Shown here: positions 12,803-25,300 of the stretch, in pieces
Layout: each line of letters starts with the position of its first letter
Numbering within the stretch: position 1 is the first letter of the stretch
From: Eledone cirrhosa
Lineage: Eukaryota
Assembly (NCBI GenBank): GCA_964016885.1
Contig: OZ024756.1
Span: 19,096,001-19,160,000 of the forward strand
DNA: 64,000 nt
Direction of reading: 5' to 3'
The notes under the pieces: model-generated
What the model saw: only the letters and a program-made list of their open reading frames with translations
What the model was told of the DNA's origin: nothing
The model's database searches: none
Translations under genes and position numbers: made by a program

Positions 12803-13110
12803 CACACAAGTACTTATTGTAATCCCCACAAAAATATACTTTCAGTAAAGTAAACCCTTAGTCTTATTACATGAGGGGACACACACAAGTACTTATTGTA
12901 ATCCCCACAAAAATATACTTCCAGTAAAGTAAACCCTTAGTCTTATTACAAGAGGGGACACACACAAGTACTTATTGTAATCCCCACAAAAATATACTTC
13001 CAGTAAAGTAAACCCTTAGTCTTATTACAAGAGGGGACACACACACAAGTACTTATTGTAATCCCCACAAAAATATACTTCCAGTAAAGTAAACCCTTAG
13101 TCTTATTACA
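12803..13110. repeat. ~79-bp tandem repeat, ~4 copies
   Basis: CACACAAGTACTTATTGTAATCCCC... recurs at 12803, 12882, 12961 and 13042, ending just before the GH1 acceptor. Confidence 0.93.
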
Positions 13111-13144
13111 TTCCATTTCAGTTTTCTTGATTGCATCATTCAAC

Positions 13145-13244
13145 ATGTCTGAAGACGGATTCATTTGTGGAAACTTTCCCGAGAACTTCAAGTGGTGTGT
13201 GGCCACCTCGGCCTACCAAATTGAAGGAGGTGTCTCTGAAGAAG
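13145..13244 (+). CDS. GH1 beta-glucosidase (GBA3-like), coding exon 1
   Basis: MSEDGFICGNFPENFKWCVATSAYQIEGGVSEE-G|gtgagt carries the GH1 N-terminal signature. No signal peptide. An upstream acceptor (ttccatttcag, ending 13121) implies a 5' UTR exon. Confidence 0.93.
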
Positions 13245-13315
13245 GTGAGTAAATTAAGAATGAGAGTATATATTTGTAGTTGTAGACATTGGCTAAAACT
13301 GTTGAGTGACCAATT

Positions 13316-16300
13316 ATGATAGGACAGTCACCAGGTGTATCTGGTCAGGGTGACCTCACGGCGGCATATTGAGACAGGACAGTCACCAGGTGTTTGTGGT
13401 CAGGGTCACCTCACAGCAGCATATTGAGACAGGACAGTCACCAGGTGTTGGTGGTCAGGGTCACCTCACAGCGGCATATTGAGACAGGACAGTCACCAGG
13501 TGTTGGTGGTCAGGGTCACCTCACAGCGGCATATTGAGACAGGACAGTCACCAGGTGTTGGTGGTCAGGGTCACCTCACAGCGGCACATGATGACAGGAC
13601 AGTCACCAGGGTGACCTCACGGTGGCACATGATGACAGGACAGTCACCAGGGTGACCTCACGGCAGCACATGATGACAGGACAGTCACCAGGGTGACCTC
13701 ACGGCAGCACATGATGACAGGACAGTCACTAGGGTGACCTCACGGCAGCACATGATGACAGGACAGTCACCAGGTGTTGGTGGTCAGGGTGACCTCACAG
13801 CAGCACATTGAGACAGGACAGTCACCAGGTGTTGGTGGTCAGGGTGACCTCACAGCGGCACATGATGACAGGACAGTCACCAGGTGTTGGTGGTCAGGGT
13901 CACCTCACAGTGGCACATGATGACAGGACAGTCACCAGGTGTTGGTGGTCAGGGTCACCTCACAGTGGCACATGATGACAGGACAGTCACCAGGTGTTGG
14001 TGGTCAGGGTCACCTCACAGTGGCACATGATGACAGGACAGTCACCAGGTGTTGGTGGTCAGGGTGACCTCACAGCAGCACATGATGACAGGACAGTCAC
14101 CAGGTGCTGGTGGTCAGGGTGACCTCACAGCGGCACATTGAGACAGGACAGTCACCAGGTGTTGGTGGTCAGGGTGACCTCACAGCGGCACATTGAGACA
14201 GGACAGTCACCAGGTGTTGGTGGTCAGGGTGACCTCACAGTGGCACATTGAGACAGGACAGTCACCAGGTGCTGGTGGTCAGGGTGACCTCACAGCGGCA
14301 CATTGAGACAGGACAGTCACCAGGTGTTGGTGGTCAGGGTGACCTCACAGCGGCACATTGAGACAGGACAGTCACCAGGTGTTGGTGGTCAGGGTGACCT
14401 CACAGTGGCACATTGAGACAGGACAGTCACCAGGTGTTGGTGGTCAGGGTGACCTCACAGCAGCACATTGAGACAGGACAGTCACCAGGTGTTGGTGGTC
14501 AGGGTGACCTCACAGCGGCACATTGAGACAGGACAGTCACCAGGTGTTGGTGGTCAGGGTGACCTCACAGCGGCACATTGAGACAGGACAGTCACCAGGT
14601 GTTGGTGGTCAGGGTGACCTCACAGCAGCACATTGAGACAGGACAGTCACCAGGTGTTGGTGGTCAGGGTCACCTCACAGTGGCACATTGAGACAGGACA
14701 GTCACCAGGTGTTGGTGGTCAGGGTGACCTCACAGCGGCACATTGAGACAGGACAGTCACCAGGTGTTGGTGGTCAGGGTGACCTCACAGCGGCACATTG
14801 AGACAGGACAGTCACCAGGTGTTGGTGGTCAGGGTCACCTCACAGTGGCACATGATGACAGGACAGTCACCAGGTGTTGGAGGTCAGGGTGACCTCACAG
14901 CGGCACATTGAGACAGGACAGTCACCAGGTGTTGGTGGTCAGGGTCACCTCACAGTGGCACATGATGACAGGACAGTCACCAGGTGTTGGTGGTCAGGGT
15001 GACCTCACAGCGGCACATTGAGACAGGACAGTCACCAGGTGTTGGTGGTCAGGGTGACCTCACAGCAGCACATGATGACAGGACAGTCACCAGGTGCTGG
15101 TGGTCAGGGTGACCTCACAGCGGCACATTGAGACAGGACAGTCACCAGGTGTTGGTGGTCAGGGTGACCTCACAGCGGCACATTGAGACAGGACAGTCAC
15201 CAGGTGTTGGTGGTCAGGGTGACCTCACAGTGGCACATTGAGACAGGACAGTCACCAGGTGTTGGTGGTCAGGGTGACCTCACAGCAGCACATTGAGACA
15301 GGACAGTCACCAGGTGTTGGTGGTCAGGGTGACCTCACAGCGGCACATTGAGACAGGACAGTCACCAGGTGTTGGTGGTCAGGGTGACCTCACAGCGGCA
15401 CATTGAGACAGGACAGTCACCAGGTGTTGGTGGTCAGGGTCACCTCACAGCAGCACATGATGACAGGACAGTCACCAGGTGTTGGTGGTCAGGGTGACCT
15501 CACAGCGGCACATTGAGACAGGACAGTCACCAGGTGTTGGTGGTCAGGGTGACCTCACAGCAGCACATTGAGACAGGACAGTCACCAGGTGTTGGTGGTC
15601 AGGGTGACCTCACAGCGGCACATTGAGACAGGACAGTCACCAGGTGTTGGTGGTCAGGGTCACCTCACAGCAGCACATGATGACAGGACAGTCACCAGGT
15701 GCTGGTGGTCAGGGTGACCTCACAGCGGCACATTGAGACAGGACAGTCACCAGGTGTTGGTGGTCAGGGTGACCTCACAGCGGCACATTGAGACAGGACA
15801 GTCACCAGGTGTTGGTGGTCAGGGTGACCTCACAGTGGCACATTGAGACAGGACAGTCACCAGGTGTTGGTGGTCAGGGTGACCTCACAGCAGCACATTG
15901 AGACAGGACAGTCACCAGGTGTTGGTGGTCAGGGTGACCTCACAGCGGCACATTGAGACAGGACAGTCACCAGGTGTTGGTGGTCAGGGTGACCTCACAG
16001 CGGCACATTGAGACAGGACAGTCACCAGGTGTTGGTGGTCAGGGTGACCTCACAGCAGCACATTGAGACAGGACAGTCACCAGGTGTTGGTGGTCAGGGT
16101 GACCTCACAGCGGCACATTGAGACAGGACAGTCACCAGGTGTTGGTGGTCAGGGTCACCTCACAGTGGCACATTGAGACAGGACAGTCACCAGGTGTTGG
16201 TGGTCAGGGTCACCTCACAGTGGCACATTGAGACAGGACAGTCACCAGGTGTTGGTGGTCAGGGTCACCTCACAGCGGCACATTGAGACAGGACAGTCAC

Positions 16301-19300
16301 CAGGTGTTGGTGGTCAGGGTCACCTCACAGTGGCACATGATGACAGGACAGTCACCAGGTGTTGGAGGTCAGGGTGACCTCACAGCGGCACATTGAGACA
16401 GGACAGTCACCAGGTGTTGGTGGTCAGGGTCACCTCACAGTGGCACATGATGACAGGACAGTCACCAGGTGTTGGTGGTCAGGGTGACCTCACAGCAGCA
16501 CATTGAGACAGGACAGTCACCAGGTGTTGGTGGTCAGGGTGACCTCACAGCGGCACATTGAGACAGGACAGTCACCAGGTGTTGGTGGTCAGGGTCACCT
16601 CACAGTGGCACATTGAGACAGGACAGTCACCAGGTGTTGGTGGTCAGGGTCACCTCACAGTGGCACATTGAGACAGGACAGTCACCAGGTGTTGGTGGTC
16701 AGGGTCACCTCACAGCGGCACATTGAGACAGGACAGTCACCAGGTGTTGGTGGTCAGGGTCACCTCACAGTGGCACATGATGACAGGACAGTCACCAGGT
16801 GTTGGAGGTCAGGGTGACCTCACAGCGGCACATTGAGACAGGACAGTCACCAGGTGTTGGTGGTCAGGGTCACCTCACAGTGGCACATGATGACAGGACA
16901 GTCACCAGGTGTTGGTGGTCAGGGTGACCTCACAGCAGCACATTGAGACAGGACAGTCACCAGGTGTTGGTGGTCAGGGTGACCTCACAGCGGCACATTG
17001 AGACAGGACAGTCACCAGGTGTTGGTGGTCAGGGTGACCTCACAGCAGCACATTGAGACAGGACAGTCACCAGGTGTTGGTGGTCAGGGTGACCTCACAG
17101 CAGCACATGATGACAGGACAGTCACCAGGTGTTGGTGGTCAGGGTGACCTCACAGCGGCACATTGAGACAGGACAGTCACCAGGTGTTGGTGGTCAGGGT
17201 GACCTCACAGCGGCACATTGAGACAGGACAGTCACCAGGTGTTGGTGGTCAGGGTGACCTCACAGCGGCACATTGAGACAGGACAGTCACCAGGTGTTGG
17301 TGGTCAGGGTGACCTCACAGCGGCACATTGAGACAGGACAGTCACCAGGTGTTGGTGGTCAGGGTGACCTCACAGCGGCACATTGAGACAGGACAGTCAC
17401 CAGGTGTTGGTGGTCAGGGTGACCTCACAGCGGCACATTGAGACAGGACAGTCACCAGGTGTTGGTGGTCAGGGTGACCTCACAGCAGCACATTGAGACA
17501 GGACAGTCACCAGGTGTTGGTGGTCAGGGTGACCTCACAGCAGCACATGATGACAGGACAGTCACCAGGTGTTGGTGGTCAGGGTGACCTCACAGCGGCA
17601 CATTGAGACAGGACAGTCACCAGGTGTTGGTGGTCAGGGTGACCTCACAGCGGCACATTGAGACAGGACAGTCACCAGGTGTTGGTGGTCAGGGTGACCT
17701 CACAGCGGCACATTGAGACAGGACAGTCACCAGGTGTTGGTGGTCAGGGTGACCTCACAGCGGCACATTGAGACAGGACAGTCACCAGGTGTTGGTGGTC
17801 AGGGTGACCTCACAGCGGCACATTGAGACAGGACAGTCACCAGGTGTTGGTGGTCAGGGTGACCTCACAGCGGCACATTGAGACAGGACAGTCACCAGGT
17901 GTTGGTGGTCAGGGTCACCTCACAGTGGCACATGATGACAGGACAGTCACCAGGTGTTGGAGGTCAGGGTGACCTCACAGCGGCACATTGAGACAGGACA
18001 GTCACCAGGTGTTGGTGGTCAGGGTCACCTCACAGTGGCACATGATGACAGGACAGTCACCAGGTGTTGGTGGTCAGGGTGACCTCACAGCAGCACATTG
18101 AGACAGGACAGTCACCAGGTGTTGGTGGTCAGGGTGACCTCACAGCGGCACATTGAGACAGGACAGTCACCAGGTGTTGGTGGTCAGGGTGACCTCACAG
18201 CGGCACATTGAGACAGGACAGTCTCCAGGTGTTGGTGGTCAGGGTCACCTCACAGTGGCACATGATGACAGGACAGTCACCAGGTGTTGGTGGTGAGGGT
18301 GACCTCACAGCAGCACATTGAGACAGGACAGTCACCGGGTGTTGGTGGTCAGGGTGACCTCACAGCGGCACATTGAGACAGGACAGTCACCAGGTGTTGG
18401 TGGTCAGGGTGACCTCACAGCGGCACATTGAGACAGGACAGTCTCCAGGTGTTGGTGGTCAGGGTCACCTCACAGTGGCACATGATGACAGGACAGTCAC
18501 CAGGTGTTGGTGGTCAGGGTGACCTCACAGCGGCACATTGAGACAGGACAGTCACCAGGTGTTGGTGGTCAGGGTCACCTCACAGTGGCACATGATGACA
18601 GGACAGTCACCAGGTGTTGGTGGTCAGGGTGACCTCACAGCGGCACATTGAGACAGGACAGTCACCAGGTGTTGGTGGTCAGGGTGACCTCACAGCGGCA
18701 CATTGAGACAGGACAGTCACCAGGTGTTGGTGGTCAGGGTGACCTCACAGCGGCACATTGAGACAGGACAGTCACCAGGTGTTGGTGGTCAGGGTGACCT
18801 CACAGCGGCACATTGAGACAGGACAGTCACCAGGTGTTGGTGGTCAGGGTGACCTCACAGTGGCACATTGAGACAGGACAGTCACCAGGTGTTGGTGGTC
18901 AGGGTGACCTCACAGCGGCACATTGAGACAGGACAGTCACCAGGTGTTGGTGGTCAGGGTGACCTCACAGCAGCACACGATGACAGGACAGTCACCAGGT
19001 GTTGGTGGTCAGGGTGACCTCACAGCGGCACATTGAGACAGGACAGTCACCAGGTGTTGGTGGTCAGGGTGACCTCACAACGGCACATGGTGACAGGACA
19101 GTCACCAGGTGTTGGTGGTCAGGGTGACCTCACAGCGGAACATTGAGACAGGACAGTCACCAGGTGCTGGTGGTCAGGGTGACCTCACAGCGGCACATGG
19201 TGACAGGACAGTCACCAGGTGTTGGTGGTCAGGGTGACCTCACAGCGGCACATGGTGACAGGACAGTCACCAGGTGTTGGTGGTCAGGGTGACCTCACAG

Positions 19301-22300
19301 CGGCATATTGAGACAGGACAGTCACCAGGTGTTGGTGGTCAGGGTGACCTCACAGCGGCATATTGAGACAGGACAGTCAACAGGTGTTGGTGGTCAGGGT
19401 GACCTCACAGTGGCACATTGAGACAGGACAGTCACCAGGTGTTGGTGGTCAGGGTGACCTCACAGCGGCACATTGAGACAGGACAGTCACCAGGTGTTGG
19501 TGGTCAGGGTGACCTCACAGCAGCACACGATGACAGGACAGTCACCAGGTGTTGGTGGTCAGGGTGACCTCACAGCGGCACATGGTGACAGGACAGTCAC
19601 CAGGTGTTGGTGGTCAGGGTGACCTCACAGCGGCACATGGTGACAGGACAGTCACCAGGTGTTGGTGGTCAGGGTGACCTCACAGCGGCACATGGTGACA
19701 GGACAGTCACCAGGTGTTGGTGGTCAGGGTGACCTCACAGCGGCACATGGTGACAGGACAGTCACCAGGTGTTGGTGGTCAGGGTGACCTCACAGCGGCA
19801 CATTGAGACAGGACAGTCACCAGGTGTTGGTGGTCAGGGTGACCTCACAGCGGCATATTGAGACAGGACAGTCAACAGGTGTTGGTGGTCAGGGTGACCT
19901 CACAGCGGCATATTGAGACAGGACAGTCAACAGGTGTTGGTGGTCAGGGTGACCTCACAGCAGCACATTGAGACAGGACAGTCACCAGGTGTTGGTGGTC
20001 AGGGTGACCTCACAGCAGCACACGATGACAGGACAGTCACCAGGTGTTGGTGGTCAGGGTGACCTCACAGTGGCACATTGAGACAGGACAGTCACCAGGT
20101 GTTGGTGGTCAGGGTGACCTCACAGCGGCACATTGAGACAGGACAGTCACCAGGTGTTGGTGGTCAGGGTGACCTCACAGCGGCACATTGAGACAGGACA
20201 GTCACCAGGTGTTGGTGGTCAGGGTGACCTCACAGCAGCACACGATGACAGGACAGTCACCAGGTGTTGGTGGTCAGGGTGACCTCACAGTGGCACATTG
20301 AGACAGGACAGTCACCAGGTGTTGGTGGTCAGGGTGACCTCACAGCGGCACATTGAGACAGGACAGTCACCAGGTGTTGGTGGTCAGGGTGACCTCACAG
20401 CGGCACATTGAGACAGGACAGTCACCAGGTGTTGGTGGTCAGGGTGACCTCACAGCAGCACATTGAGACAGGACAGTCACCAGGTGCTGGTGGTCAGGGT
20501 GACCTCACAGCGGCACATTGAGACAGGACAGTCACCAGGTGTTGGTGGTCAGGGTGACCTCACAGCGGCACATGATGACAGGACAGTCACCAGGTGCTGG
20601 TGGTCAGGGTGACCTCACAGCGGCACATTGAGACAGGACAGTCACCAGGTGTTGGTGGTCAGGGTCACCTCACAGTGGCACATGGTGACAGGACAGTCAC
20701 CAGGTGTTGGTGGTCAGGGTGACCTCACAGCGGCACATGATGACAGGACAGTCACCAGGTGCTGGTGGTCAGGGTGACCTCACAGCGGCACATGATGACA
20801 GGACAGTCACCAGGTGTTGGTGGTCAGGGTGACCTCACAGCGGCACATGATGACAGGACAGTCACCAGGTGTTGGTGGTCAGGGTGACCTCACAGCAGCA
20901 CATTGAGACAGGACAGTCACCAGGTGTTGGTGGTCAGGGTGACCTCACAGCGGCACATTGAGACAGGACAGTTACCAGGTGTTGGTGGTCAGGGTGACCT
21001 CACAGCGGCATATTGAGACAGGACAGTCACCAGGTGTTGGTGGTCAGGGTGACCTCACAGCGGCACATGATGACAGGACAGTCACCAGGTGCTGGTGGTC
21101 AGGGTGACCTCACAGCGGCACATGATGACAGGACAGTCACCAGGTGTTGGTGGTCAGGGTGACCTCACAGCGGCACATGATGACAGGACAGTCACCAGGT
21201 GTTGGTGGTCAGGGTGACCTCACAGCAGCACATTGAGACAGGACAGTCACCAGGTGTTGGTGGTCAGGGTGACCTCACAGCGGCACATTGAGACAGGACA
21301 GTTACCAGGTGTTGGTGGTCAGGGTGACCTCACAGCGGCATATTGAGACAGGACAGTCACCAGGTGTTGGTGGTCAGGGTGACCTCACAGCGGCACATGA
21401 TGACAGGACAGTCACCAGGTGCTGGTGGTCAGGGTGACCTCACAGCGGCACATGATGACAGGACAGTCACCAGGTGTTGGTGGTCAGGGTGACCTCACAG
21501 CAGCACATTGAGACAGGACAGTCACCAGGTGTTGGTGGTCAGGGTGACCTCACAGCGGCATATTGAGACAGGACAGTCACCAGGTGTTGGTGGTCAGGGT
21601 GACCTCACAGCAGCACATTGAGACAGGACAGTCACCAGGTGTTGGTGGTCAGGGTGACCTCACAGCGGCATATTGAGACAGGACAGTCACCAGGTGTTGG
21701 TGGTCAGGGTGACCTCACAGCAGCACATTGAGACAGGACAGTCACCAGGTGTTGGTGGTCAGGGTGACCTCACAGCGGCATATTGAGACAGGACAGTCAC
21801 CAGGTGTTGGTGGTCAGGGTGACCTCACAGCAGCACATTGAGACAGGACAGTCACCAGGTGTTGGTGGTCAGGGTGACCTCACAGCGGCATATTGAGACA
21901 GGACAGTCACCAGGTGCTGGTGGTCAGGGTGACCTCACAGCGGCACATGATGACAGGACAGTCACCAGGTGTTGGTGGTCAGGGTGACCTCACAGCGGCA
22001 TATTGAGACAGGACAGTCACCAGGTGTTGGTGGTCAGGGTGACCTCACAGCAGCACATTGAGACAGGACAGTCACCAGGTGTTGGTGGTCAGGGTGACCT
22101 CACAGCGGCACATGATGACAGGACAGTCACCAGGTGCTGGTGGTCAGGGTGACCTCACAGCGGCACATGATGACAGGACAGTCACCAGGTGTTGGTGGTC
22201 AGGGTGACCTCACAGCGGCACATTGAGACAGGACAGTCACCAGGTGTTGGTGGTCAGGGTGACCTCACAGCGGCACATTGAGACAGGACAGTCACCAGGT

Positions 22301-25300
22301 GTTGGTGGTCAGGGTGACCTCACAGCAGCACATTGAGACAGGACAGTCAACAGGTGTTGGTGGTCAGGGTGACCTCACAGCGGCACATTGAGACAGGACA
22401 GTCACCAGGTGTTGGTGGTCAGGGTGACCTCACAGCGGCACATTGAGACAGGACAGTCACCAGGTGTTGGTGGTCAGGGTCACCTCACAGTGGCACATGA
22501 TGACAGGACAGTCACCAGGTGTTGGAGGTCAGGGTGACCTCACAGCGGCACATTGAGACAGGACAGTCACCAGGTGTTGGTGGTCAGGGTCACCTCACAG
22601 TGGCACATGATGACAGGACAGTCACCAGGTGTTGGTGGTCAGGGTGACCTCACAGCAGCACATTGAGACAGGACAGTCACCAGGTGTTGGTGGTCAGGGT
22701 GACCTCACAGCGGCACATTGAGACAGGACAGTCACCAGGTGTTGGTGGTCAGGGTGACCTCACAGCGGCACATTGAGACAGGACAGTCACCAGGTGTTGG
22801 TGGTCAGGGTGACCTCACAGCGGCACATTGAGACAGGACAGTCACCAGGTGTTGGTGGTCAGGGTGACCTCACAGCGGCACATTGAGACAGGACAGTCAC
22901 CAGGTGTTGGTGGTCAGGGTCACCTCACAGTGGCACATGATGACAGGACAGTCACCAGGTGTTGGAGGTCAGGGTGACCTCACAGCGGCACATTGAGACA
23001 GGACAGTCACCAGGTGTTGGTGGTCAGGGTCACCTCACAGTGGCACATGATGACAGGACAGTCACCAGGTGTTGGTGGTCAGGGTGACCTCACAGCAGCA
23101 CATTGAGACAGGACAGTCACCAGGTGTTGGTGGTCAGGGTGACCTCACAGCGGCACATTGAGACAGGACAGTCACCAGGTGTTGGTGGTCAGGGTGACCT
23201 CACAGCGGCACATTGAGACAGGACAGTCACCAGGTGTTGGTGGTCAGGGTGACCTCACAGCGGCACATTGAGACAGGACAGTCACCAGGTGTTGGTGGTC
23301 AGGGTGACCTCACAGCGGCACATTGAGACAGGACAGTCACCAGGTGTTGGTGGTCAGGGTCACCTCACAGTGGCACATGATGACAGGACAGTCACCAGGT
23401 GTTGGAGGTCAGGGTGACCTCACAGCGGCACATTGAGACAGGACAGTCACCAGGTGTTGGTGGTCAGGGTCACCTCACAGTGGCACATGATGACAGGACA
23501 GTCACCAGGTGTTGGTGGTCAGGGTGACCTCACAGCAGCACATTGAGACAGGACAGTCACCAGGTGTTGGTGGTCAGGGTGACCTCACAGCGGCACATTG
23601 AGACAGGACAGTCACCAGGTGTTGGTGGTCAGGGTCACCTCACAGCGGCACATTGAGACAGGACAGTCACCAGGTGTTGGTGGTCAGGGTGACCTCACAG
23701 CGGCACATTGAGACAGGACAGTCACCAGGTGTTGGAGGTCAGGGTGACCTCACAGCAGCACATTGAGACAGGACAGTCACCAGGTGTTGGTGGTCAGGGT
23801 GACCTCACAGCGGCACATTGAGACAGGACAGTCTCCAGGTGTTGGTGGTCAGGGTCACCTCACAGTGGCACATGAAGACAGGACAGTCACCAGGTGTTGG
23901 TGGTCAGGGTGACCTCACAGCAGCACATTGAGACAGGACAGTCACCGGGTGTTGGTGGTCAGGGTGACCTCACAGCGGCACATGATGACAGGACAGTCAC
24001 CAGGTGTTGGTGGTCAGGGTGACCTCACAGCGGCACATTGAGACAGGACAGTCACCAGGTGTTGGTGGTCAGGGTGACCTCACAGCGGCACATTGAGACA
24101 GGACAGTCTCCAGGTGTTGGTGGTCAGGGTCACCTCACAGTGGCACATGATGACAGGACAGTCACCAGGTGTTGGTGGTCAGGGTGACCTCACAGCGGCA
24201 CATTGAGACAGGACAGTCACCAGGTGTTGGTGGTCAGGGTCACCTCACAGTGGCACATGATGACAGGACAGTCACCAGGTGTTGGTGGTCAGGGTGACCT
24301 CACAGCGGCACATTGAGACAGGACAGTCACCAGGTGTTGGTGGTCAGGGTGACCTCACAGCGGCACATTGAGACAGGACAGTCACCAGGTGTTGGTGGTC
24401 AGGGTGACCTCACAGCGGCACATGGTGACAGGACAGTCACCAGGTGTTGGAGGTCAGGGTGACCTCACAGCGGCACATGATGACAGGACAGTCACCAGGT
24501 GCTGGTGGTCAGGGTGACCTCACAGTGGCATATTGAGACAGGACAGTCACCAGGTGTTGGTGGTCAGGGTCACCTCACAGCGGCACATTGAGACAGGACA
24601 GTCACCAGGTGTTGGTGGTCAGGGTGACCTCACAGCGGCACATGGTGACAGGACAGTCACCAGGTGTTGGTGGTCAGGGTGACCTCACAGCGGCACATGG
24701 TGACAGGACAGTCACCAGGTGTTGGTGGTCAGGGTCACCTCACAGTGGTACATTGAGACAGGACAGTCACCAGGTGTTGGTGGTCAGGGTGACCTCACAG
24801 CAGCACATTGAGACAGGACAGTCACCAGGTGTTGGTGGTCAGGGTGACCTCACAGTGGCACATTGAGACAGGACAGTCACCAGGTGTTGGTGGTCAGGGT
24901 GACCTCACAGCGGCATATTGAGACAGGACAGTCAACAGGTGTTGGTGGTCAGGGTGACCTCACAGTGGCACATTGAGACAGGACAGTCAACAGGTGTTGG
25001 TGGTCAGGGTGACCTCACAGCGGCATATTGAGACAGGACAGTCACCAGGTGTTGGTGGTCAGGGTGACCTCACAGCGGCATATTGAGACAGGACAGTCAA
25101 CAGGTGTTGGTGGTCAGGGTGACCTCACAGTGGCACATTGAGACAGGACAGTCACCAGGTGTTGGTGGTCAGGGTGACCTCACAGCGGCACATTGAGACA
25201 GGACAGTCACCAGGTGTTGGTGGTCAGGGTGACCTCACAGCGGCACATTGAGACAGGACAGTCACCAGGTGTTGGTGGTCAGGGTGACCTCACAGCAGCA

